A DNA stretch of 64,000 bases. Origin: Candidatus Poseidoniaceae archaeon. Its GTDB lineage: Archaea > Thermoplasmatota > Poseidoniia > Poseidoniales > Poseidoniaceae. Each line of letters starts with the position of its first letter. The stretch's first letter is position 1. Shown in pieces: positions 49,140-58,465 of the stretch. The notes beneath the pieces are model-generated. The model was not told where the DNA came from and made no database searches. It was given only the letters and a program-made list of their open reading frames with translations. A program made the translations under genes and the position numbers. The DNA lies in contig CALJHE010000006.1 in NCBI GenBank assembly GCA_938075675.1, positions 88,415-152,414 on the forward strand. Reading direction: 5' to 3'.

Positions 49140-49820
49140 ATGTCAAATGCCTCAGAAATCCCCCTTACAAAGTGCGTTGTTTTCGATTGTGATGGAGTCC
49201 TTGTTGACGCCGTAAGTTCGTGGAGAACCTTGCATGACCATTTTGGTACAGATAACTCTCTTCATCTCCAACGTTTTATCCGTGGAGAAATCACTGACGT
49301 TGAGTTTATGCGTTCGGATATCCAGATGTGGAAGGCTGTCCAAGACCCAATCTATCGTGATGAATTGTTTCGAGCCTATTCGGGTGTGAAACTTATGGAT
49401 GGAGCACGCGAAGTTGTTGAGGAATTGCAGTCGAACGGTGTGTTCGTAGCAATAGTTAGTGCCGGTGTAGATTTGTTTGTCTCATCGATTGCTGCAATGC
49501 TCAAAGTCGACGATTGGATTGCAAATGGTTTTGTTTTCAATGATGATGATTCACTTTCAGACGAGGGAGTATGTCGACTTCATGCAACTGGTAAGGGGGA
49601 TGTCGTCCATCGTTTGTTACAGATGAATAACTTAGAGGTTGAAACATGTGTTTCAGTTGGTGACTCTGAAATGGATTTGTCGATGCACGTCGATGGCAGC
49701 AGGTTCATCGGTTTTAATCCGACACGCGACTCTTCCATTGCAGCATTCAACGATGCGGACATCGACGTAGTCCACGGTAAGGATTTGCGTGCAATACTTC
49801 CGTTCCTGCGTTTGCAATAA
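49140..49820 (+). CDS. HAD-superfamily phosphatase, phosphoserine phosphatase-like (subfamily IB)
   Basis: FDCDGVL, AIVSAG, K, VGDSEMD; ATG 49140. Confidence 0.9.
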   Translation: MSNASEIPLTKCVVFDCDGVLVDAVSSWRTLHDHFGTDNSLHLQRFIRGEITDVEFMRSDIQMWKAVQDPIYRDELFRAYSGVKLMDGAREVVEELQSNGVFVAIVSAGVDLFVSSIAAMLKVDDWIANGFVFNDDDSLSDEGVCRLHATGKGDVVHRLLQMNNLEVETCVSVGDSEMDLSMHVDGSRFIGFNPTRDSSIAAFNDADIDVVHGKDLRAILPFLRLQ

Positions 49821-51437
49821 TCATGCAAACGGTATTGCTGTTGTAGCGTGACTCTTCAAATTAACAATGGTGAGCATACATGGTTTAGGCTGGAACCCCA
49901 GCATTCTTTGGTAGGATGTTTGGTCTTGCCAAGTACTCGAACAAATCAGCGTCGTACCCTTGAAATCAATGCAAGCGTGACCATGAACGTGTCCTGTTAC
50001 AAATATGTCAGGTACTTCACGAATCACGAGCCCATCTTCTGGTTCGGGAGAAAGTGGAGTTTTCCCACCCCATTGGGGGGCTAAGTGTCGGCGTCTGAGC
50101 ATTTGTCGCATCGCTTCCACAGGGTCTGCGTATGTAACCGTCCTTAGACCTGCCACAAAGTCGTCAATTGACTTGCCGTGATAGGACAAGAGGCGAACGC
50201 CATGGAGCGAGAAATCACACGGGTTACCTACGAAGGTCGTTGTATTGTAATCCTGCTGAATGTCTTTTTCGAATGTGGGCTGAGGCTCAGCAGGTCGTAC
50301 TGCATCGTGGTTTCCAGGAAGCATGACACATTCCACCCATTCCGGTAATAATTCCAATAAGCGAGCAAATTCTGAGTATTGGCCAAACAGGTCAGGAATC
50401 GACAATTCACTGTCTTGGCCTGGATAAATACCGACTCCATCGACACAATCTCCAGACAGAATAAGATATTTGATTGTCTTTGCTAACGGGTCGGTATGGA
50501 ACCATCGAACCATTTTATGCCATTGAGCCTCCAAAAATGTCTTCGAGCCAACATGAATGTCCGAGAGAAATGCTACACTAACCCCGTGCTCTGCTGAGGC
50601 CTTCTTGTGGCTTGCTTCCATCGGGAAATGCAAGTCATCCACATAGAACATATCTCCTGTTTGACTGAACGTCCCTGAAACGCCAAGGACATCGTCAGGC
50701 ATGAGTCCAGCTTCCAAAATCTGCTCTTGGGCTCGGTCTCTGTCGTCACCCTTTCTCTTGGTAAGCAAGCAGGTGAGTTCACCGGTTTCATCCTCAAGGT
50801 TCCACATGAGGTGGCCGTTTTTTGTGTAGCGAGGTTCATTCACTAGCCCAATCGCTACTGCTTTGTTTTCATACCCCTGATACCGACTGCTTTCCGCATG
50901 AAGCCTTGAGATTTCAGTCGGAGTTCGTGGTAATCTAGAATTTTGAATGATCATTTTGCGTATACTTTGCAACCGGTCTCCAAAGCACGATGTAATGTCT
51001 GCCATTTTTCCCTCGGTTACACTGTTGCCAGTGATGTCATAGTGGACCAAAATATCTGTGGGAGCATCCGATGCATGTTCGCTAAAGTCAGAGGTATTCC
51101 AGTCTGGCAAGTTGTTCCGGAATCGAATATCGAGTGGTTCTGGTGCTTTTATTGGAGCAATGGTGCGACCGAGTTCAGCAGCTGGCGGTTTCACAACAGG
51201 TTGGGCAACAATCGGTGTTTGCGGAGGCTGTCGTGCGCTCTTTTTCCCATTCCATACTTCAAGCATGGACTCCAATATTTCTTGAGTGAGATATCCCTTG
51301 CTGAATCCGACGATTTCTGCACAATCCAACACGCCATTGAGGTCCTCGAGTTCGAGAAGCCGTGGACGAACTGAAGCCGCAGGGAGGATTCCACGGGTGC
51401 GTAGAAGCCCCGTCATCTCCTCCTCGGTGGCACCCAT
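49821..51437 (-). CDS. polD1: DNA polymerase D small (proofreading exonuclease) subunit DP1
   Basis: OB fold (TKNGH..LEDETG), SDIHVGS, GDCVDGVGIYPGQ, PGNHDAVRPAEPQP, YHGKSIDD, RRHLAP, TGHVH, STWQDQT. Confidence 0.96.
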   Translation of the reverse strand: MGATEEEMTGLLRTRGILPAASVRPRLLELEDLNGVLDCAEIVGFSKGYLTQEILESMLEVWNGKKSARQPPQTPIVAQPVVKPPAAELGRTIAPIKAPEPLDIRFRNNLPDWNTSDFSEHASDAPTDILVHYDITGNSVTEGKMADITSCFGDRLQSIRKMIIQNSRLPRTPTEISRLHAESSRYQGYENKAVAIGLVNEPRYTKNGHLMWNLEDETGELTCLLTKRKGDDRDRAQEQILEAGLMPDDVLGVSGTFSQTGDMFYVDDLHFPMEASHKKASAEHGVSVAFLSDIHVGSKTFLEAQWHKMVRWFHTDPLAKTIKYLILSGDCVDGVGIYPGQDSELSIPDLFGQYSEFARLLELLPEWVECVMLPGNHDAVRPAEPQPTFEKDIQQDYNTTTFVGNPCDFSLHGVRLLSYHGKSIDDFVAGLRTVTYADPVEAMRQMLRRRHLAPQWGGKTPLSPEPEDGLVIREVPDIFVTGHVHGHACIDFKGTTLICSSTWQDQTSYQRMLGFQPKPCMLTIVNLKSHATTAIPFA

Positions 51438-51500
51438 GATGAGAGGTGACGCATTCAGTGCAAAAGCACATCGGCTGGTCTGGTTGAGAAAAGGTGATGT

Positions 51501-52196
51501 CTAGTCCCATTCGACTTGAGTGTCAAGTGTCGATTCTTCGGCAGGGTCGGCTTCTCCATCCCAGGCATCATCTTGCCAAGGTGCAGATTCACGTGCCGCT
51601 TCTTCTCGCTTTTGCCGCTCCAATTCAAATTGCACTTTGACCGCTTCTTCATCCGCCAGTATCCTCAGTTCTTCTTTGCGCTGTTCTTCAGCCATCGTCA
51701 TTGCCTCGTCCCATCTTTTGATGGTTGAGTTGAGTGCGAAATGAACGAAACCGATTTTGTTTTCTGCACGGTTTCCTCCAATTTGAGTTGATTCTGCATT
51801 TGCCCAATATCGAGAGGCAATACCCACGTAAACCAGTCCAACTTTCTTGTTTGAACCGTCATTCTTTGGTCCGGCAATACCCGTAATTGAGATGGCAATG
51901 TCTGCATTGGCGTTCTTGAGAGCTCCTTGAGCCATTTGGATGGCTACTTCCGCAGATACAGCCCCTTTCTTTTCCAAGGATGCTGGTTTGACACCGAGTT
52001 CACGGATTTTTGCATCGTTTGAATAGGTGACCCATCCTTGATTGTACCAACTTGACGCACCTGCAATATCGGTAAATGCACTCGAGAGCAAGCCTCCAGT
52101 ACATGATTCTGCAACGGTGATGGTGTGGCCACCTTCCTTGATACGCCGAACAAGGCGAGCCGCAGCGGCTTGAACGTCTTCATCCATGCGAGTCAA
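51501..52196 (-). CDS. pncC: CinA C-terminal/PncC nicotinamide-mononucleotide deamidase with acidic coiled-coil tail
   Basis: AESCTGGL, GASSW, VTYSNDAK, GAVSAEVA..MAQG, SITGIAGP. Start may be 52187. Confidence 0.9.
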   Translation of the reverse strand: MTRMDEDVQAAAARLVRRIKEGGHTITVAESCTGGLLSSAFTDIAGASSWYNQGWVTYSNDAKIRELGVKPASLEKKGAVSAEVAIQMAQGALKNANADIAISITGIAGPKNDGSNKKVGLVYVGIASRYWANAESTQIGGNRAENKIGFVHFALNSTIKRWDEAMTMAEEQRKEELRILADEEAVKVQFELERQKREEAARESAPWQDDAWDGEADPAEESTLDTQVEWD

Positions 52197-52269
52197 TCGC
52201 AGAGTTCACCCGCTTTGAGGTTAACGCCTGCATCAATGCCTTCAATAACACCTTCTTACAGGAACGGTT

Positions 52270-52342
52270 GGGTCTGTGGTCTAGTGGTTATGACACCGCC
52301 CTTACACGGCGTTGATCGAGGGTTCAAATCCCTCCAGACCCA
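52270..52342 (+). tRNA. tRNA-Val (anticodon TAC)
   Basis: Acceptor GGGTCTG/CAGACCC, anticodon loop CTTACAC, T arm GAGGG-TTCAAAT-CCCTC. No encoded CCA. Confidence 0.95.
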
Positions 52343-52657
52343 CTACCAAAGGTAAGTACGAATATCCTCTTCAGCGTTCGCAATCACTTTCGTGATTCCA
52401 GACTGGCGTCGGAACTCTAACGCCTGTTGTTCAGTTCCATCAACGAGTATGAGGTGCACCGCTCTTTGCCATAGGCCGGGGAGGGGTGTTGAGCCTCTGT
52501 GGTCGACAGCAACTAAGATGTCGTCTAATTCTGTGAACATTAGCAATGGTGTAGAGTCTTCGATATCTTTGGCATCGAGAAGCAGCCATCGCGCCCCATG
52601 CATTGATGCACGAACATCATCGCCTAAATCCTGCAGTGTGACGACTCGGACGTTCAT
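52343..52657 (-). CDS. Hypothetical protein
   Basis: 104 aa; 4-bp overlap with the pelota stop; GGAGGG RBS. Confidence 0.7.
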   Translation of the reverse strand: MNVRVVTLQDLGDDVRASMHGARWLLLDAKDIEDSTPLLMFTELDDILVAVDHRGSTPLPGLWQRAVHLILVDGTEQQALEFRRQSGITKVIANAEEDIRTYLW

Positions 52658-53724
52658 CCCTCCATCGAATAGCGCAGCATGGCCATAACTCCACCAAGCC
52701 CCATCAACTGCTGTCCACCGTCATGGTCTATTGAGCATTGTACCATTTCTGCGCCGATGTCAGCGAGCCCTTTGGTCCATTCCAGCCATGTCTTGCCGGC
52801 AATACGATCGGTTTCAGAGCGTAGCAAGTCCGCTGAAATCAAGAGGGTTTCAATTGCCCCTTCCTCCATGGCACGAACGAGTGCGTCTTCACCATAAGCG
52901 ACCGCTCCACCGGTTGAGAGGCGCTTCCACGCCTCCTCAATCAGTGCGATTTCTTTGGAAATTGCGTATTCGCTCAAAAGATTACCAGCGAGTCCTTCCC
53001 GGAGTACTTCGTTTGCACCTGCTCGTCCACCCATCGATGTTGCTATCGACTTCATGATTCGTGTTTCTCCCGTTGATTTCAGGTCCGATAGCAGTGCATC
53101 TCTTGCATGCCCAGGTCCACAGACAATCAATGGTGTATCGCTGCCGAGGGTATCCACGAGAGCTTTGATGACATTGGAACGGAACGTGCTAGCAATGCTT
53201 TCCGAGTGACGAATTTCACCACGCTTTCCACCGCCTCGCATTGTCCAAGTTGCTCCTTCGCGTAGTCCACGTGCAGTGACATGGAAGATTACCACTTCAT
53301 CGGTTTCGACGACGGCCAACACCACTTGAGATTGGCCTGATGCTTTTTCCGATTGCAACAGGAGTTCGACGTCTGCTGGAGTGAACACATTGTGCGATGA
53401 AATTTCGATTTCATCTCGTATCTCAACCAGGTGTGTATGATGCATGCCAATGTCAAAGTGCGCTTCTTCGATGGTGCCATGAACACGAAGATGCTCGCTA
53501 AATGTTTGGTATTCGGTAGATTCGACTCGTAGGCGAATCCACATTTTCTTTCTTTCAGCAGATTTTGCACGCCCGCCTTCCTCTCCTCCGGTCGTTTGGT
53601 CACGGCGTTCGCCGAGCATGGCGAATTGCATCCCCTTTCGAGTCATTCGGGCGAGAGCCCACAAGTCATCTTCAGTCTCCAAACGGAGTCGCCAAACTTG
53701 TGTTTCACGCTTCAAGATTTTCAT
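52654..53724 (-). CDS. pelA: Pelota/Dom34 ribosome rescue factor
   Basis: ETEDDLWAL, LRVHGTI, GMHHTH, CGPGHA, AYGE...GAIETLLIS, LMGLGGVMAMLRY (eRF1 domains 1-3). Confidence 0.93.
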   Translation of the reverse strand: MKILKRETQVWRLRLETEDDLWALARMTRKGMQFAMLGERRDQTTGGEEGGRAKSAERKKMWIRLRVESTEYQTFSEHLRVHGTIEEAHFDIGMHHTHLVEIRDEIEISSHNVFTPADVELLLQSEKASGQSQVVLAVVETDEVVIFHVTARGLREGATWTMRGGGKRGEIRHSESIASTFRSNVIKALVDTLGSDTPLIVCGPGHARDALLSDLKSTGETRIMKSIATSMGGRAGANEVLREGLAGNLLSEYAISKEIALIEEAWKRLSTGGAVAYGEDALVRAMEEGAIETLLISADLLRSETDRIAGKTWLEWTKGLADIGAEMVQCSIDHDGGQQLMGLGGVMAMLRYSMEG

Positions 53725-53729
53725 TCACT

Positions 53730-55445
53730 TCACCCAAAAACGCCGGTGAGTTTTCCATTTTCATCCATGTCCATGTCAAGTGCAGCCGGTCGCTTCGGAA
53801 GACCGGGCATCGTCATCATGTTTCCAAGTACGGCAACGATGAACCCTGCTCCAGCATTCAATCTGAATTCGCCTACAGGCAGTGTAAATCCAACGGGTGC
53901 TCCGAGTTGCCCAGGGTCATGGGAGAACGAATACTGGGTTTTAGCCATGCAAACGGGTAAATGCCCATATCCCCACGATTGCAACTTGCTCAATTGCTTC
54001 ATTGCTGCACTGCTGACGTCAATTCCATCTGCTTTGTAGATGCGTTTTGCAATTGATTCCATTTTTTCCAAAACCGGCGTATCGGCAGTAAAGAGCGGTG
54101 TGAAAGGCCGACCGTTTGCAACATGGTCGTGTACTGCAGCAACGACGGCTTTCGCCAGTTGTTCACCGCCTTTGCCACCGTTTGCATGCACTTCGGTAAG
54201 CGTCACGTCTGCTGCTCCGCTCTTTCGAGCAGCTGTTCGAAGAGCGTCGAGTTCAGCATCTGTATCCGATGCAAATCTGTTGATGGATACGATGACAGGC
54301 ATTCCAAAACCAGCCATGTTCTTGATGTGGCGGTCAAGATTCCCCTGGGCCCCTCGCATCACGGCATCTACATCTTCCGTTTCCAATTCTTCCTTTGTCG
54401 GGCGGTAACCACCACGGCTGCCAAATGCTCCACCATGGAGTTTCATCGAACGAACTGTGACGTTCATGACGACACAGTCCGGTGCCTTTCCAGAATTTGC
54501 CGCTTTGATGTGCATGAACTTTTCAGCACCCATGTCCGAACCAAAGCCAGCTTCGGTTACGACGATATCAGCAGCCCCCAATGCGAGGCGATCAGCGATA
54601 ATACTCGAATTTCCGTGAGCGATGTTTGCAAACGGGCCACCGTGAATAAAGGCAGGATTTCCTTCAAGAGTTTGGACTAAGTTTGGTAAAAAGGCGTTCC
54701 GTAGCAGTAATGCCATCGAACCCGCAGCACCGATATCTTCCGCTTTAACGGGATTTCCACTGATGGACTGACCGACCACTATCTCCCCGATTCGCTTTCT
54801 CAAGTCTGCATAATCGTTCGCAAGTACCAAAATCGCCATCACTTCGCTCGCAGCAGTTATGTCAAATCGGTCTTGTCTCGGATTTCCATTTGCAGGGCCA
54901 CCCAGCCCGATGACGATATTGCGCAGCGAACGGTCGTTCATGTCGATGACACGTGGCCAGAATACCCGGGTCGGGTCTAACTGTGATTCATTGCCTTGTT
55001 TGATGTGATTGTCAATTAGGGCAGAGAGGAGGTTGTGAGCGGAGGTAACAGCGTGAAGGTCGCCAGTAAAATGCAAGTTAATGTCTTCCATGGGGATGAC
55101 TTGAGAATGTCCTCCGCCAGCAGCGCCACCTTTGATTCCAAAGACGGGGCCCATTGAAGGTTCGCGAATGACGCAAGTGGCGCTCTGTCCAATGGCGCAC
55201 AGTGCTTGGGTAAGTCCAATTGTGGTTACAGTCTTGCCTTCTCCAAACGGTGTTGGATTAACTGAAGTGACCAGCACAAGGCTACCTTGAGGTTTAGAAA
55301 AGCGTTGGCTGAGGGCATCCCACGTTATTTTTGCCATGCCTCTGCCCATTGGCATCAATTCATGTGATGAAATACCAAGTTTCCACGCAATGGTCTCAAT
55401 TGGTTCAAGGGTTGCTTCACGTGCGATATTCAAATCACTTGCCAT
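53730..55445 (-). CDS. fhs: Formate--tetrahydrofolate ligase
   Basis: NPTPFGEGKT, GIKGGAAGGG, INLHFTGD, HGGPFANIAHG, TEAGFGSDMGAEKF, CMAKTQYS, MTMPGLP; ATG 55445. Confidence 0.97.
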   Translation of the reverse strand: MASDLNIAREATLEPIETIAWKLGISSHELMPMGRGMAKITWDALSQRFSKPQGSLVLVTSVNPTPFGEGKTVTTIGLTQALCAIGQSATCVIREPSMGPVFGIKGGAAGGGHSQVIPMEDINLHFTGDLHAVTSAHNLLSALIDNHIKQGNESQLDPTRVFWPRVIDMNDRSLRNIVIGLGGPANGNPRQDRFDITAASEVMAILVLANDYADLRKRIGEIVVGQSISGNPVKAEDIGAAGSMALLLRNAFLPNLVQTLEGNPAFIHGGPFANIAHGNSSIIADRLALGAADIVVTEAGFGSDMGAEKFMHIKAANSGKAPDCVVMNVTVRSMKLHGGAFGSRGGYRPTKEELETEDVDAVMRGAQGNLDRHIKNMAGFGMPVIVSINRFASDTDAELDALRTAARKSGAADVTLTEVHANGGKGGEQLAKAVVAAVHDHVANGRPFTPLFTADTPVLEKMESIAKRIYKADGIDVSSAAMKQLSKLQSWGYGHLPVCMAKTQYSFSHDPGQLGAPVGFTLPVGEFRLNAGAGFIVAVLGNMMTMPGLPKRPAALDMDMDENGKLTGVFG

Positions 55446-55539
55446 GAGCATGTATGCGGTACGATATGGCTTTGAAACCCTCGGGTCATGTTTGGCCAGA
55501 AACGACTGTTTCAACACCTGAGAAACTGCGCCGAATGAC

Positions 55540-57006
55540 TCACTCGTCTTTCATTTCGCCAAGATAGGCTGGCAATTCAATTCCAGCCATCTTCGCAACA
55601 TCATGAACAGGTGGTAGGCTTTGCATGAGAGAGGAGATGAAGTTCGATGTTGAGCCACCTTCTCCATTGTTTCCGCCGTTGCCAGAATCCCAAACGGTAA
55701 TCTTGTCGATCTTGAGATTGGATATTGCTTCAGTTTGACGAGAGACCAATTCTTCAATCTTCTCAACCATCAGTAACGTTGCAGCAGCCTTGGTGTCTCC
55801 GCCTGCGCTTGCAACCAGTGACTTGTAACCTGCAGCCTTTGCTTCGAGGACGGCTTGTTGTCCAACCGCTTCTGCTTGGTAGCGTGCAAGGATTGCATCT
55901 GCTTGACCTTGTGCGATACGGCGTTGGCGCTCAGCCTCTGCATCAGCAGAAATCTCGATTTGTTCCTTGGCGACGATCTCACGTGCGATGTCTGCAGCAC
56001 GAAGACGTTCGCTCTCAAGCGAATACTGAGCCTTTTCGATTTCTTCTTGAGCACGGCGTTGAGCAACTTCAGCACGTTGACGTGCTTCGGCTTCTTTCTC
56101 AGCAAGTGTTGCATTGGAGATTGCGATAGCAGCACGGCTCAAGTTCTCACCTTCAATGGCGTTCTTCTCTTGCTCTTGGACGAAAACTCTCTGGCGACTG
56201 ATTGCAGATGCCTTACCTTGTTCGGTAGCGGACTTTGCTTCTTGAACTGAGATTTCTTCAGTCATGATGGCGTTTGCTTGTCCAGTCTTTGTTTCAGATT
56301 GTTGCTTCTGAACTTCAATGATACGGTTTCGGTCTGCTTCTGCAACCCGGATTTGTCCCATCTCGAGAGCCTTAGCACGGTCACCCTCTGCGGATGCAAT
56401 TGCTTCTGCAGCTGCCTTTGCACCAATCGAGTTGATGTATTCAGCCTCGTCAGTGATGTCAGTGATGTTGACGTTGAGAAGAACCAGTCCAAGTTTGTGA
56501 AGTTCGGAATCGACGTTGTTTGAGACCATGCGTAGGAACGCATCACGGTCCTGGTTGATTTGCTCGATTGTGAGCGTGGCAACGGTAAGACGAAGTTGAC
56601 CGAAGATAATTTCACGGGCCATCTCTTCAATTTGAACATTGGACAGACCAAGAAGACGCTCGGCTGCATTTTGCATAATCATAGGGGATGTGGAGATACC
56701 GATGACGAACGTCGATGGGACGTTAATACGAATGTTCTGTTGTGATAGAGCGTGTTCAAGTTGAATCGGAATGGTCATCGGCTTGAGGTCAAGATAGGCG
56801 TAGTGTTGTATGAGTGGCCAAACAATCTTTCCACCTCCGTGGTAACATTTTGCCGCTCCTGCATCTTTCACGTTACCGTAAACGACCAGAATTTTGTCGG
56901 ATGGTGCGAGCTTGTATCTGCTTGTAGCAACATAAATTGTGCCGAATACTGCGAGGGTGAACAAAAAGAGTCCGATAACTGCGATTGAGGTTCCTGCGTC
57001 TGCCAT
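55540..57006 (-). CDS. Flotillin/SPFH domain protein
   Basis: N-terminal TM, SPFH domain (GQLRLTVATLTIEQIN.DR), AEA-rich coiled coil, IDKITVWD; ATG 57006. Confidence 0.92.
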   Translation of the reverse strand: MADAGTSIAVIGLFLFTLAVFGTIYVATSRYKLAPSDKILVVYGNVKDAGAAKCYHGGGKIVWPLIQHYAYLDLKPMTIPIQLEHALSQQNIRINVPSTFVIGISTSPMIMQNAAERLLGLSNVQIEEMAREIIFGQLRLTVATLTIEQINQDRDAFLRMVSNNVDSELHKLGLVLLNVNITDITDEAEYINSIGAKAAAEAIASAEGDRAKALEMGQIRVAEADRNRIIEVQKQQSETKTGQANAIMTEEISVQEAKSATEQGKASAISRQRVFVQEQEKNAIEGENLSRAAIAISNATLAEKEAEARQRAEVAQRRAQEEIEKAQYSLESERLRAADIAREIVAKEQIEISADAEAERQRRIAQGQADAILARYQAEAVGQQAVLEAKAAGYKSLVASAGGDTKAAATLLMVEKIEELVSRQTEAISNLKIDKITVWDSGNGGNNGEGGSTSNFISSLMQSLPPVHDVAKMAGIELPAYLGEMKDE

Positions 57007-57066
57007 GGCGTAACATACAGGGCGTCCTTTATGAGTGTTCACCCGACCAAAATAGCCCGACAATCC

Positions 57067-57693
57067 TCATTCTTCTTCAGCGGCGTAGGTATTGACAGAA
57101 AGGGGCACAACGATTAATGTCTCACCAATTGCCTTGACTACTTCAATAAATTTACCTGTCTTTAGGCTCGCAGTTTCATCTTCAAGGACGGCGTCACACG
57201 TCCTCATGGCGTTTTGAAATTCGACTTGGACTTGGCCAGTTTCGCCCGCACGGATTTCCATGTAGACCTTACCCTGAGCGCCAATGGCGAGTGAATGCTT
57301 GACTGTGCCATCCACTTCGAGAGACTTCATGATTTGGAATACCTTTCCGATGATGTACATCGAGAAAAACCCTGACACTGCTGCGACAAAAATTGCGATG
57401 AGGTCTGCTCCACCGCTCTGCGTTACGGCAAGGCCAGCAATTCCAAACATCATGATGAAACTCAGTATGCCTTGAATAGTGAGCATGTGGAATATCCCTT
57501 CAGCCCCCATGTCAAAGTCGGTCTCAAAACCAGCGAACTCGAGAGCGCCATCAGCGACTCCGCCGAGTAAGATGAGTATGAAATAAATCAGGAATAAAAA
57601 GGTGCCAACAATCGCCATTACGGCGAACAATACATCCACGCCGGAGATGGACCCGAGTCCTACAAGGTCAAGAACATTTGAAATCAAGGACAT
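57067..57693 (-). CDS. NfeD-like membrane partner of flotillin (C-terminal OB fold)
   Basis: TM helices plus IGAQGKVY.EI...GQVQV OB fold; canonical position upstream of flotillin. Confidence 0.85.
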   Translation of the reverse strand: MSLISNVLDLVGLGSISGVDVLFAVMAIVGTFLFLIYFILILLGGVADGALEFAGFETDFDMGAEGIFHMLTIQGILSFIMMFGIAGLAVTQSGGADLIAIFVAAVSGFFSMYIIGKVFQIMKSLEVDGTVKHSLAIGAQGKVYMEIRAGETGQVQVEFQNAMRTCDAVLEDETASLKTGKFIEVVKAIGETLIVVPLSVNTYAAEEE

Positions 57694-57720
57694 TTTATCA
57701 CTGGCCTATACTGTTGGCTT

Positions 57721-57978
57721 CTACTCTTCAACCTTCGCCTGTTGTCTTCGTTTAATTGGTCGGATGTAGATGAAGTAATAATGCCCAAAAACGATTGGTC
57801 CAAGTGAGAGGCCAAACATTAGTCCTATGCCCCAAGATGGGAGATCGAGTGCGAGGCCTATTGCCACGACGATAAGGAGACAGACGAGCATTGAGGCTTT
57901 TTCAAGGATGATTAGAATCGGTGCTGAACCCTCGTTGACGCGATCCTTCATCGCAAAGACTTCTCTAAGATTCGACAT
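57721..57978 (-). CDS. Small hypothetical membrane protein
   Basis: Two TM helices; start 57978 or 57990. Confidence 0.6.
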   Translation of the reverse strand: MSNLREVFAMKDRVNEGSAPILIILEKASMLVCLLIVVAIGLALDLPSWGIGLMFGLSLGPIVFGHYYFIYIRPIKRRQQAKVEE

Positions 57979-57986
57979 CTGAACCC

Positions 57987-58403
57987 TCACGAGAGAAGGT
58001 CAGACCATGACAACTCACTCATGATGACAATCATGAGATAGATGAAACCAATAAAAAATGCCGGATTCCGACCTTTTTCAACGAGGCTTTCAACTTGACG
58101 CAATTGTCCATTTTCATCGCGAATAATCGTTGTCGCTTCCGAAGTGATGTAGTTGCCACCTTGTGTGAACTCTTTGTGATTTTTTTTGCTGCTTTGGAAT
58201 ACCAAAAACACGAGTGTTCCAATAATTACACCTAGACTTGGGCCGAGGAATCCGCTGAGGGCTGAATTGAATTCAGTCCACATTGCTGCAGTGAAATAAA
58301 GACTCAACCCAGCAGTTAGCATAGAAATAAGTCCTTTACCACGTTTTTGACTCGATAAATTAAACCCGTCCATGGGTATTTGTAAAATGCCACCCTTTTT
58401 CAA
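57987..58403 (-). CDS. Hypothetical membrane protein (3 TM)
   Basis: Three hydrophobic segments; start uncertain. Confidence 0.6.
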   Translation of the reverse strand: MKKGGILQIPMDGFNLSSQKRGKGLISMLTAGLSLYFTAAMWTEFNSALSGFLGPSLGVIIGTLVFLVFQSSKKNHKEFTQGGNYITSEATTIIRDENGQLRQVESLVEKGRNPAFFIGFIYLMIVIMSELSWSDLLS

Positions 58404-58465
58404 TCCTGCCCCGGTTCAAGTCATTCGTCCATGATGTTGAAGAACTACGCCACGTAAGAGGTTCC

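Noticed and set aside
52296-52312. C-U mismatch at the top of the tRNA-Val anticodon stem as a sign of a pseudogene or intron
   Set aside because: Mismatches at 27:43 are tolerated, the rest of the cloverleaf is intact, and there is no bulge-helix-bulge insertion.
24192-52342. Region between the two tRNAs as an integrated genomic island
   Set aside because: I see no integrase, no duplicated tRNA 3' end and no obvious compositional shift, and the region contains core genes (nob1, tatA, DP1).
55540-57693. NfeD-flotillin pair as a novel system
   Set aside because: This is a well-known conserved prokaryotic gene pair.
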